A stretch of 32,000 nt of DNA from Candidatus Nanobsidianus stetteri (GTDB lineage Archaea > Nanobdellota > Nanobdellia > Nanobdellales > Nanobdellaceae). Positions 1 to 9,130 of this stretch are shown piece by piece. The stretch lies in the NCBI RefSeq assembly GCF_003086415.1, contig NZ_QEFP02000006.1, forward strand, positions 9,133 to 41,132. Direction: 5' to 3'. The notes beneath the pieces were generated by a model, which was not told where the DNA came from, did no database searches, and saw only the letters and a list, made by a program, of their open reading frames with translations. Numbering within the stretch: position 1 is the stretch's first letter; each line of letters opens with the position of its first letter. The translations under genes were made by a program, and so were the position numbers.

Positions 1-797
1 GAAATATTTCCATTCAAATTAGCTTCTAATATTGAATATTTAACTGGTTGATATTTTGCCAATGTATCTATTGAATTTATTCCAAATATTCCTAATAATA
101 ATATTGATAAGAATAATATGGGAATTACCAATTTCAAAGCTTTTCCATATATTTTTATATTTTCAATATCCTTTTCTTTCAATATTTTATATGAAATAAT
201 TAATACAAATATTGATAAACCAAATTCTAATGATGCTAAAATTCCATGGGATACTTCAATAAATTCTATTGGAGTAAAAAATATGGAATATGGATTTATA
301 TCAATATATTGACCATTCAAATATTCAATTCCTACAGGATAATTCATAAAGGCATTTAATGTTATTATTAAAAAACCAGACATAGTTGCAAATATTCCAA
401 TTAAATACATAAATATTGGATGTAATATAGAATTACTATATTTTTTAAATGAGTAGAAATATATACCAACAAATAAAGATTCCAAAAAGAATGCTAAAAT
501 TTCTATATATAATGATATAATTGCTGTATTACCCACTATTTGCATAAATTTTGGAAATAATATATACATTTCAACAGCAACAATTGTACCAGACAATGTT
601 CCTATTGCAAATAAGACTAATATTAATGTTGATATTCTTTGAGCTAAATTTTTTATACTTTCATCTTTCTTTAATATTCCATATAATTCTAATGTTCCAA
701 CTGCAAAAGGCATTCCAATTGTAATTGATGCTATTATAATATGTATAGCAAGAGAAGATGCAAAAACAATCCTATCAATATCATATACAGATAACAT
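1..797 (-). CDS. cydA: cytochrome bd-type quinol oxidase subunit I (CydA), N-terminal ~265 codons; the rest of the gene lies beyond the window start
   Basis: Absent from the ORF track because it is truncated. Hand translation of the minus strand from the ATG at 797..795 gives MLSVYDIDRIVFASSLAIHIIIASITIGMPF...ISLYIEILAFFLESLFVGIYFY...LNAFMNYPVG...FIEVSHGILASLEF...DTLAKYQPVKYSILEANLNGNI. The helix-1 His, the AFFLE motif, the second conserved His and the QPxK...EA Q-loop entry motif are CydA hallmarks. The frame stays open to position 1. Confidence 0.8.
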   Translation of the reverse strand, partial: MLSVYDIDRIVFASSLAIHIIIASITIGMPFAVGTLELYGILKKDESIKNLAQRISTLILVLFAIGTLSGTIVAVEMYILFPKFMQIVGNTAIISLYIEILAFFLESLFVGIYFYSFKKYSNSILHPIFMYLIGIFATMSGFLIITLNAFMNYPVGIEYLNGQYIDINPYSIFFTPIEFIEVSHGILASLEFGLSIFVLIISYKILKEKDIENIKIYGKALKLVIPILFLSILLLGIFGINSIDTLAKYQPVKYSILEANLNGNI

Positions 798-834
798 AAA
801 ATATTTATAGTTTATATATTTAAAAAAATTTTAT

Positions 835-1320
835 TTAAAGAATAAATATTGCTGCTGATATAACAGTAGTATATTTTTCTACCTTTGCTTTTCTAAATAT
901 TTCAAATTCCTTATCTATTTCTATATTATATATAGATTTTAACATACTTTTTGCCATGTCTTTTGCATATCCTTCTTCTTTTCCAGTATAATATCCATGA
1001 TATTCTGTAAAATATCCATTATATTTTTTATCTTTAGGTAATGCTACTCCAACTGATGAAAATATTTCTTTACCCTCTTCATTAGAAGTAAATCTAGATA
1101 AAACACAAAATACAATTTGACCCGCCTTTAAATATTTTAATCCTTCATCTATATCTATAATTTTTACATTTGGTGGTGCTATACTAGATACTGGAACTAA
1201 ATTAAACCTCTCTATTTTTGCATCTCTCAATGCATATTCAAAACTCAACAATGGGTCATCCGCTATACCTACACCAGAAGTAAAGAAAACCTTCTTTGGT
1301 ACCAGACTCCGCGGGGTCAT
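835..1320 (-). CDS. pdaD: pyruvoyl-dependent arginine decarboxylase (PdaD)
   Basis: 161 aa. VPKKVFFTSGVG...LLSFEYALRDAKIERFNLVPVSSIAPP matches the PdaD family N-terminal core, including the SS self-cleavage region. The size is typical. Confidence 0.85.
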   Translation of the reverse strand: MTPRSLVPKKVFFTSGVGIADDPLLSFEYALRDAKIERFNLVPVSSIAPPNVKIIDIDEGLKYLKAGQIVFCVLSRFTSNEEGKEIFSSVGVALPKDKKYNGYFTEYHGYYTGKEEGYAKDMAKSMLKSIYNIEIDKEFEIFRKAKVEKYTTVISAAIFIL

Positions 1321-1351
1321 AAAATAAAAAATTAATTTTATTATTTATAAG

Positions 1352-1957
1352 TCATCTAGAAGATGATGCCAACCTTTCTAACTCTAATTTTTTCTGTATT
1401 GCAAATGATTCTACAGAATTTTTATATGCATTTATTATTTCTTTTGCCAATGCACTTGCCATATCCTTTTTATTCCTAGAACTATGATATGCTCCCCAAA
1501 CAATATGTCTTATAGCTAAATCAATCCTTCTTAAAGGAGAAATATCAACTGCTTTTGGATATCTTGCACCACCCATTTCTATATTTGTTATTTCTTCTCT
1601 TGGAGCAGCATTTTCTATTGCCTTTGTCAATACCTTTATTGGATTTTGTTTTGTTTCCTTTTCAATTATTTCAAATGCCTTTATTAATATTTTTAGTACT
1701 TTATGATATTCTCCAGAAGCATAATATGATGTAAATTTATGTTTTCCACCATAATGACCTGGTGTCATTAATCTACCAATTAATCTCTCTATAATTGGAA
1801 TATTTCTTCTTCCAAATCTTCTATTTTGATATCTACCATTTGTTTTTGGAACAATATATGGCTTCAAATTCATAAATGCCCTTAATGTTTCATCTTCTAC
1901 ATCTACTTCATATTTCCATCTTCCAAGAAATTTCAAATCATTAATATCATTCACCAT
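1352..1957 (-). CDS. rps7: 30S ribosomal protein S7 (uS7)
   Basis: 201 aa. PIKVLTKAIENAAPREEITNIEMGGARYPKAVDISPLRRIDLAIRHIVWGA is the canonical uS7 core. Confidence 0.95.
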   Translation of the reverse strand: MVNDINDLKFLGRWKYEVDVEDETLRAFMNLKPYIVPKTNGRYQNRRFGRRNIPIIERLIGRLMTPGHYGGKHKFTSYYASGEYHKVLKILIKAFEIIEKETKQNPIKVLTKAIENAAPREEITNIEMGGARYPKAVDISPLRRIDLAIRHIVWGAYHSSRNKKDMASALAKEIINAYKNSVESFAIQKKLELERLASSSR

Positions 1958-1988
1958 TAAAAATAATATTAAAAGATAAATTAAAAAA

Positions 1989-2804
1989 TTATTCTGATTC
2001 TCTTATTGCCTTAACTAAAACTGGTATTAATGTTAGTACAAACAATATTACAAATCCCCATGCAAATATACTTTCTACACTTGCTGAAATATTTGAATAT
2101 CCAACAGTTAATACTGATAATGATGAAATAACAAATATTGAATATATAAATACTTCAATAAATGGTCTTACATTTTTATAATATGCATTTTCACTTATAT
2201 TTTCTGTTATATACTTCATTACAATTAATCCAATTGATAATATTACAAATACACCTATTATATTATCAAACAATGTATATTGGAATCCTAACAATTCTAA
2301 AGAATAATATGTTATTATCCATACAAATCCTAAGAATAATAATAATTTCAATAATTCTGCTACATATGAATTATATCCTTCAATTAATATATATAGATAT
2401 GATGTAAAGAATATTGAAAATATTATACCAGCTGCTATTATTAATACAACTACTGATATTAATAATAATGTTGAAGAAACTGTCATTGTCAATTGCAATA
2501 TATTTGATACATAACTATATTGTGTTGCTGTTAATATATTTGGCATCAATGATAATACACTATTAAATACTAATATTCCCAATATTATTCCAGCTAAATA
2601 TGATAATAAGGCTGCTACATTTATTTCTGGCATTTTGCTAAATGTTGACTTTAATTTCTCATATATATTCTCTATCTTTATATATTTCGCAAATAGCCAG
2701 CTCAATACTTTATATACTATCCATCCAACAAAATAACCTATTATACCACCTAATACTAAAAAACCAATAAAATAACCTATAGATATCAATAAGTCATATA
2801 CCAT
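1989..2804 (-). CDS. hypothetical polytopic membrane protein (about 7-8 TM segments) inserted between rps12 and rps7
   Basis: 271-aa ORF, hydrophobic throughout with periodic charged loops. No family recognised. An A/T-rich TATA-like stretch lies about 20-30 nt upstream of its ATG. Confidence 0.6.
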   Translation of the reverse strand: MVYDLLISIGYFIGFLVLGGIIGYFVGWIVYKVLSWLFAKYIKIENIYEKLKSTFSKMPEINVAALLSYLAGIILGILVFNSVLSLMPNILTATQYSYVSNILQLTMTVSSTLLLISVVVLIIAAGIIFSIFFTSYLYILIEGYNSYVAELLKLLLFLGFVWIITYYSLELLGFQYTLFDNIIGVFVILSIGLIVMKYITENISENAYYKNVRPFIEVFIYSIFVISSLSVLTVGYSNISASVESIFAWGFVILFVLTLIPVLVKAIRESE

Positions 2805-2841
2805 TTATTTTTTATGTATTAAAATTATATAAATATTGATT

Positions 2842-2861
2842 TCGTTATCAAAAAATAACGA
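2842..2861 (-). other. perfect 7-bp stem / 6-nt loop hairpin (TCGTTAT-CAAAAA-ATAACGA) between the rps12 stop and the membrane-protein start
   Basis: The inverted repeat is read directly from the sequence. It lies 28 nt downstream of the rps12 stop on the minus strand. Its function (terminator, processing site or binding site) is unknown. Confidence 0.4.
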
Positions 2862-2888
2862 CTATCTCTTTATAATTTCTTTAAAAAG

Positions 2889-3317
2889 CTATCTTCTGGC
2901 TTTTTCTATCTTACCCTTTCTTAATAATTCTAAGGGTTGTCCATTTACTAGTATTACCTTATATCTTACCCCCGGTATTGAACCTATAGTTCTTCCCTTT
3001 GGTCCACCTATTCCAACTATTAATACTTCATCGTGCTCATCAATATATTTTATTGCCTTATCTCCTGGAGCAAAGGCTGTAACAATTTTTCCATTTTTCT
3101 TTAATTGAACTTTTACACATTTTATCATTCCAGAATATGGCTGTCTTTTTTCAATCTGTACTTTTTCTAATACAATTCCAGATGCCATTGGACTTCCTTC
3201 CAAAGGATCATATTTCTCTTTTAACTTTAATATCCTTCTTTTCCACTCTTTCTTACTCCATCTAAACTTTTTTCTATTTTCAATTAATTTCTTAGCAGCA
3301 AACAATCCATTAGCCAT
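2889..3317 (-). CDS. rps12: 30S ribosomal protein S12 (uS12)
   Basis: 142 aa. [62 protein letters not shown] is the canonical archaeal S12 sequence. Confidence 0.95.
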   Translation of the reverse strand: MANGLFAAKKLIENRKKFRWSKKEWKRRILKLKEKYDPLEGSPMASGIVLEKVQIEKRQPYSGMIKCVKVQLKKNGKIVTAFAPGDKAIKYIDEHDEVLIVGIGGPKGRTIGSIPGVRYKVILVNGQPLELLRKGKIEKARR

Positions 3318-3582
3318 TCTTTAATATAGATATAACAGAAATTTTAAATGGCTTTTTCAATAACAAACCTACCTCTTCATTTGAATAATTCAATACCTCT
3401 ATTTCAAAATTTCCCAATTTCTGATAGTATTCTATATCCTTTTTTATATTTTCTGGAACATTTTTTGCTAAAAATATCTTTTCTACTTTTCCCCTTTTAA
3501 TCATTTTCAAAGTTCTATTATACCCAATAACTATTTTTTTCTCATCAACAATTTTCTTTCTTAAATCATCAAATGTTACCAT
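3310..3582 (-). CDS. rpl30e: 50S ribosomal protein L30e (eL30)
   Basis: 90 aa. [41 protein letters not shown] fits the L30e pattern. It sits directly downstream of rpoA'', as in other archaea. Confidence 0.8.
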   Translation of the reverse strand: MVTFDDLRKKIVDEKKIVIGYNRTLKMIKRGKVEKIFLAKNVPENIKKDIEYYQKLGNFEIEVLNYSNEEVGLLLKKPFKISVISILKNG

Positions 3583-3608
3583 AAAATCTATCTATATAAA
3601 AAATATTT

Positions 3609-4703
3609 TTATTCCTTATCTTCCTTCCTATTTCCTACAAAATATACATCATATAAACCTGTACCTAAATATATTGGTTGATTCATTATAACATTATCTA
3701 TTCCACTCAATACCTTATCAGATTGTCCCATTATTGAAGATCTAACAAATATAGAAACTGGAGTTTCAAACGCTGCCTTTGATAATGTAGATTCTTTTTC
3801 TGCATGTAGTCCATATCTATTTATACCTAAATATATTCCATACCATGTTAACATATCTGCTACCAACATAAAATGCCTTACATCTACACTAAGACCTTGT
3901 TGTTCATATAATTTAACTAATTCTTGTAATATAGCAGCTCTGGCAGCTTCTATTCCCAATACCCTTTCTATTTCTCTTATATCATTTGTATATATTTTTG
4001 TATAATCTACCTCTGGTATTTTCATAACTTCCAATAGATTAGATCCAATAGTATATATTACATATTCATTATCTTCTTTATGTATAGTTACATCCTTAAT
4101 TCCCTTTATTCCTTTTATTAATATCTTCTTTATCATTTCTTTAAGCAAATATAATTCCTTTGCAGATAATTTGGGAGCAATTATATATATATTTTGTTTA
4201 TCATTCTCAACCTTATATTTCTTTATTTTCTTTTTTATTATTCTAAATACTTCATCAAATGTTAATTCTTCCTTTTTCAATTTTTCTTTATCCAAAGTAA
4301 TTATTATCTTATTTTCAAATACATCTATTGTTATTGATGACAATAGATCTTCTAATAATAATTCCTTTATCTTTTTTGCAACACTTTGAGCCACATTTAA
4401 ATCATTTTTATATTCATCCAATAACCTTATTATCATATATTTTCTTTTCATTTTCTTTTTTGCATCTGTTATTTCTGTTAATCTAGGTAAACCTAAAGAA
4501 ACCTGTTGAGCAGATATACCTACAAAGTGAAATGATCTTAATATCATCTGTGTTGTTGGCTCTGCAATTGATTGAGCAGCAACTATACCAACAGGTTCAC
4601 CTGGATCTATTATAAATTTATATGAAAAATCTTCTACTTTTTTTCTTAATTTTTCATCTTCTATTTTTTCTAGATCCTTTTTTATTTTTTCCGGTAGTTC
4701 CAT
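3609..4703 (-). CDS. rpoA2: DNA-directed RNA polymerase subunit A''
   Basis: 364 aa. DPGEPVGIVAAQSIAEPTTQM and C-terminal FETPVSIFVRSSIMGQSDKVLSGIDNVIMNQPIYLGTG match the Rpo1C family. Confidence 0.95.
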   Translation of the reverse strand: MELPEKIKKDLEKIEDEKLRKKVEDFSYKFIIDPGEPVGIVAAQSIAEPTTQMILRSFHFVGISAQQVSLGLPRLTEITDAKKKMKRKYMIIRLLDEYKNDLNVAQSVAKKIKELLLEDLLSSITIDVFENKIIITLDKEKLKKEELTFDEVFRIIKKKIKKYKVENDKQNIYIIAPKLSAKELYLLKEMIKKILIKGIKGIKDVTIHKEDNEYVIYTIGSNLLEVMKIPEVDYTKIYTNDIREIERVLGIEAARAAILQELVKLYEQQGLSVDVRHFMLVADMLTWYGIYLGINRYGLHAEKESTLSKAAFETPVSIFVRSSIMGQSDKVLSGIDNVIMNQPIYLGTGLYDVYFVGNRKEDKE

Positions 4704-7326
4704 CTTTATTATTTTCTACATAAGGTTTTAAAATTTGGGCCAGTAAATCTACGTTTAATTTTCCATTTATTGACTTATGTACTGCAACTCCATCTCCTCC
4801 ATATACAAATTGTACAATTCTATTATATGCGTCTCTAACAGTTAAATCATCATTTACATGAAGATCATATAAACTTAATACCAATCTTCTATAGAAGTAT
4901 CCGGATTGAGCAGTTCTTATTGCAGTATCCATTAAAGAGTCTCTACCAGGTAATGCATGGAAGAACATTTCCCATGGTTTTAATCCCTCCCTGAAAGAAC
5001 TTATTACCCAACCATGATATTTTGGATGATATATATTTCTCTCAAATATTGATAAATTTCTTCCCCTATAACCAAAGTCTATAAATCTCCCTCTAAATGC
5101 TTGAAATCCTAAAGACCCAGCCATTCTAACAGCATTTTGCCAATCACCTCTTGCACCAGTTACAGACATAATATATGTACCTGTATCTTTTTTCATATAT
5201 TTTCTAAGAACGTCTTGTATTTTTGTAACACTTTCAGATACTACCTGCATAGATTTTAATTCATATGTTTCCTGTAAACTTCTACCAGCAATCCTTTCAA
5301 GGGTTCCTTCAGTATATTGTTTATATAAATCTTCTACTGCTTTTTCTGTATCATCTATTATCTTTTTTATTTCCTCTTTTGCCTCTTCTGGTAAATCAAA
5401 ATCAGAAATGGACATTGTAATTCCCAAATTATATTGATAATATATTCCTAATAAACTATATTTTTCTAATAAATCATTTACATATTCTTTTCCATATAAT
5501 TTATATAATATAACAAATAATCTTCCCTTTTCTGCTTTTATTAAACTTGAATCCAAATATCCTCTAACAATCATTCCATTTTCTATCTTTATTTTATCAT
5601 TTTCAAAATTAAAGTCATCTGGTAAGAATACTGAAGCAATTTCTTTTCCAGTTAAATAATCTCTTCCTTCCTCTTTTGCTTTTTTAATAATATTAGACAA
5701 CTTATCTAAATCTTTATCATTGGCATTTGACATATATATTAACTGTGCAGCCTGATTAATCGGTATTTTTACATCATCTTGTGTTATTAAATATAATCCT
5801 GTTATCATTTCTTGGATCATACCGACAATAAAATCTCCATATCTTGGAGTAATATAATTATTTGATATTTCTGTTAAAAATTCTGCTTCTGCTCTTGCTT
5901 CTTCGCTTCTTGGTAAGAATACATTCATTTCATCTCCATCAAAATCTGCATTATATGGTCTACATATTATTGGATTTATCCTAAAGGTATTTCCAGGAAG
6001 TACTCTAGCATAATGACCCATCATTGACAATCTATGTAAAGATGGATATCTTAATAATAATACAATGTCTCCATCCGTTAAATGTCTTTCAACAATCCAT
6101 CCTGGTGCAATCATTGAAGCAAGTGTTTCTTTATTTTCTTCAGTAATTATTCTTTTTCTTCCATCTGGAGATATTACATAATTTGCGCCTGGATATTTTT
6201 CAGGTCCATTCAATATATATTCCTTCATTTTTTCAATATTCCATTCAGTAACCCTTTCAGGAACTGTCAATGTTTTTGCAACATATAATGGTATTCCAAC
6301 CTCATTTGGTTTTATTTTTGTGTCTGGAGTAATAACTGCCCTTGAACTATAATTTATTCTCTTTCCAAGTAAATATCTTCTAATTATTCCTTCCTTTCCA
6401 GAGATTCTTTCAACCAATGATTTTAATGGCTTTCCAGATCTCTGTTGAGCCTTTGGAACATATGGTAAAGTATTATTAAAATACGTAAATATGTGATATT
6501 GTAATAAATTATATATATCATCTACAATAACCTGTGGAGCCCCTGTTGTTATATCTTCTTTTAATCTTTGATTTGTTCTTACAATATCAACTAATTTGTG
6601 AGTTAAATCATCTTCTGCTCTTTCACCAGTTTCCAAAACTATTGAAGGTCTCATTGTTACTGGAGGTACTGGTAAAACTGTTAATATCATCCATTCTGGT
6701 CTAGAATATGAAGGATCAAATCCAATTAATGGTAAATCTTCATTTGGTATTTTTTCAAATATTGCTCTAATTTCGACGGGATACATTCTTCTTTCATTTT
6801 CCTTATCTTTAACATAGAAGTAAAATGGTTTTCTAAATTCAACTTTTGGATTTTCATATCCGCATACAGGACATTTTGATCTTTTCTTAGCTTTGGAATA
6901 TACAAACTTAGCTATAAATTTATATAATCTATTCCATCTTCTTGAATGCCTATACTTTTCTATTTTATTTAATGCAAATTCTCTTTCTTCTTTTGTTAAT
7001 TTTACATGACCGCAATTATGACAAACAGCATTTACCAATTCTTTAACAATTGGTAAAAATTCCGGATGCAATACTGGTCTTGCCAGTTCAATATGACCAA
7101 AATGTCCCAAACATTTTCCTGCAGTTTTTCCGCATGTTTCACATACATAACTTGGATCTACTACTCCCAATCTTAAATCCATCAATCCACCCCTTATGGG
7201 AGTTCCATCTTCATCATATAATTCTGATACAATTATTTTTGCTGCAGACATTTTTCTTATTGCATCTGGACTCAATAAAGAATATTGAATTTCAGAAATT
7301 CTTTTGAAAAATATATCTTTCATCAT
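4654..7326 (-). CDS. rpoA1: DNA-directed RNA polymerase subunit A'
   Basis: 890 aa. It has the zinc motifs CETCGKTAGKCLGHFGHIEL and the catalytic NADFDGDEMN motif. Its 3' end overlaps the rpoA2 start by 50 nt. Confidence 0.97.
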   Translation of the reverse strand: MMKDIFFKRISEIQYSLLSPDAIRKMSAAKIIVSELYDEDGTPIRGGLMDLRLGVVDPSYVCETCGKTAGKCLGHFGHIELARPVLHPEFLPIVKELVNAVCHNCGHVKLTKEEREFALNKIEKYRHSRRWNRLYKFIAKFVYSKAKKRSKCPVCGYENPKVEFRKPFYFYVKDKENERRMYPVEIRAIFEKIPNEDLPLIGFDPSYSRPEWMILTVLPVPPVTMRPSIVLETGERAEDDLTHKLVDIVRTNQRLKEDITTGAPQVIVDDIYNLLQYHIFTYFNNTLPYVPKAQQRSGKPLKSLVERISGKEGIIRRYLLGKRINYSSRAVITPDTKIKPNEVGIPLYVAKTLTVPERVTEWNIEKMKEYILNGPEKYPGANYVISPDGRKRIITEENKETLASMIAPGWIVERHLTDGDIVLLLRYPSLHRLSMMGHYARVLPGNTFRINPIICRPYNADFDGDEMNVFLPRSEEARAEAEFLTEISNNYITPRYGDFIVGMIQEMITGLYLITQDDVKIPINQAAQLIYMSNANDKDLDKLSNIIKKAKEEGRDYLTGKEIASVFLPDDFNFENDKIKIENGMIVRGYLDSSLIKAEKGRLFVILYKLYGKEYVNDLLEKYSLLGIYYQYNLGITMSISDFDLPEEAKEEIKKIIDDTEKAVEDLYKQYTEGTLERIAGRSLQETYELKSMQVVSESVTKIQDVLRKYMKKDTGTYIMSVTGARGDWQNAVRMAGSLGFQAFRGRFIDFGYRGRNLSIFERNIYHPKYHGWVISSFREGLKPWEMFFHALPGRDSLMDTAIRTAQSGYFYRRLVLSLYDLHVNDDLTVRDAYNRIVQFVYGGDGVAVHKSINGKLNVDLLAQILKPYVENNKDGTTGKNKKGSRKNRR

Positions 7327-9128
7327 TAAAACTTATAATCTAACTTAAGTCTAGGCCAAATTCCAAGAGAGATTAATTCATTTAATAATAAATGGAACGC
7401 ATAAGAAACTTTAACTTTTGATATTTTTTCAGTTTCACCACAAATAGGACAATAAACCCTATTTCTTATATTATCTTCAACAGCAAGAGAACCACATTTT
7501 TCACAAACATAAATAGGTGTATCATCAGAAGAATACATTTCTCTTAATAATATAGAAGCACCATGAGCAGCAAGGACTTCATGTTCCATTTCACTAAACT
7601 TCAAACCACCCTTCTTTGATTTACCTTCCGTTGGTTGTCTTGTTAATAATGTAACAGGACCTGTTGCTCTTGCCTGTAATTTATTCTTTGCCATATGCTT
7701 TAATCTTAAATAATAAATGCTTCCAATAAATATTTTAACTTTAAATTCATCTCCGGTTAAAGGATTATACAATGTTTCTGTTCCATCTTCTCTAAATCCT
7801 AAAGATAGTAATTCTTTCCTTAATTCTTCCTCACTTTCTCCATACCATGGTGTTCCGTCAACATATCTTCCATTTAAACTTCCAACCTTTCCAGCAAGCA
7901 ATTCTAATAATAAACCGAAAGTTTCTCTTGAAGGAATTCCAGCGGGAGAGAATATTATATCTGGAACAAGACCTGAAGATGACCATGGCATATCTGATGG
8001 ATCAACAATCATTCCCAAAACACCTTTCTGTCCATGTCTTACAGAAAATTTATCTCCAAGTTCTGGGATTCTTAAGTCTCTTAATTTTATCCTAACAAGT
8101 AAATTTCCATCATCAGATTCTGTTATTACAACCCTATCTACCCATCCTTCCTCCCCACCACCAGTAGTTAATGAAGAATCTTTCTTTCTTAAACCTGTTA
8201 CAATAGATTCAGAAGTTAAACCAATAAATCTTGGAGGTGATACCCTACCAACAAGTACTTCTTCTGGTTTTACAAATGATTCGACAGCAACAATCCCATC
8301 TTCTTCTAAATTTTTATATTTATCCTTTCCTCTATATAATTCTACAGAAGGATCTGGAATTGTAATTTCATCTTGTAATCCTCCAGAATATCTTAATCTT
8401 TCTATTTCATAAGATCTAAAATATACAGATCTAAATAAACCCCTATCTATTGAACCTTTATTCATGATAATTGCATCTTCAATATTATATCCTTCCTGTG
8501 TCATTACGGCAACAATTACATTTTGTCCTATTGCATAATCATCCTTAAATATATTAAAAGAAAATGTCCTAGTAATCGGGTATTGTGGATAATATAATAT
8601 TGATATATCAGTATCAAATCTATTATGGAAGTTTAAAGAATATATAGCATGAGCCTGCCTCTGTGGTCTAACACCTCTATTTAATCTTGCAGATTGATTT
8701 CTATTTGAAAATGGAACTAAAGATGTAGCTATACTAAATATTACTAAAGAAGATAATTCTAAGTGAGTTGTATTTTCCTTTATATCTTCAGGATATAACG
8801 CAACATTTAAATTTTCTTCTTCTGCAGGATCAACCCATTCAATTATACCTTCCTTTTCTAAATCTGACCATTTTATTTCTCCTTTCTTTAATTTTTCAAT
8901 ATGTTCTTTTGTTAATAATGGTTTTCCATCTTTTACAACAATTAAAGGTCTTAAAATTCTTCCCTTTCTAGTTAATATTTCTACAACATTTCTTGTTTCA
9001 TCAAAATATATGTTTACAAAATATGGGATAATACCTTTTCTTCTTTTTTCCTTAAATTCTTCGATAAATTTATTAGCATCATCCACATATCCAACAAAAA
9101 TACCATCTATATAAACCTCATATGCCAT
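7326..9128 (-). CDS. rpoB1: DNA-directed RNA polymerase subunit B' (C-terminal half of a split RpoB)
   Basis: 600 aa. GDKFSVRHGQKGV, FSEMEHEVLAAHGA and the C-terminal zinc ribbon CEKCGS...CPICG are present. ATGA overlap with rpoA1. Confidence 0.97.
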   Translation of the reverse strand: MAYEVYIDGIFVGYVDDANKFIEEFKEKRRKGIIPYFVNIYFDETRNVVEILTRKGRILRPLIVVKDGKPLLTKEHIEKLKKGEIKWSDLEKEGIIEWVDPAEEENLNVALYPEDIKENTTHLELSSLVIFSIATSLVPFSNRNQSARLNRGVRPQRQAHAIYSLNFHNRFDTDISILYYPQYPITRTFSFNIFKDDYAIGQNVIVAVMTQEGYNIEDAIIMNKGSIDRGLFRSVYFRSYEIERLRYSGGLQDEITIPDPSVELYRGKDKYKNLEEDGIVAVESFVKPEEVLVGRVSPPRFIGLTSESIVTGLRKKDSSLTTGGGEEGWVDRVVITESDDGNLLVRIKLRDLRIPELGDKFSVRHGQKGVLGMIVDPSDMPWSSSGLVPDIIFSPAGIPSRETFGLLLELLAGKVGSLNGRYVDGTPWYGESEEELRKELLSLGFREDGTETLYNPLTGDEFKVKIFIGSIYYLRLKHMAKNKLQARATGPVTLLTRQPTEGKSKKGGLKFSEMEHEVLAAHGASILLREMYSSDDTPIYVCEKCGSLAVEDNIRNRVYCPICGETEKISKVKVSYAFHLLLNELISLGIWPRLKLDYKF

Positions 9129-9130
9129 TT

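Noticed and set aside
118-312. 64-aa plus-strand ORF at the left edge.
   Set aside because: It lies antisense within the truncated cydA gene, which has strong family motifs on the minus strand.
2162-3108. Plus-strand ORFs at 2162..2407 and 2836..3108.
   Set aside because: They are antisense to the membrane-protein gene and to rps12 respectively, with no independent support.
7717-8412. 231-aa plus-strand ORF (Ser/Pro/Thr-rich), plus the smaller ORFs at 7847..8095 and 8768..8971.
   Set aside because: All lie entirely antisense to the well-supported rpoB' gene. The low-complexity composition is typical of the reverse frame of a real gene, and there is no recognisable family.
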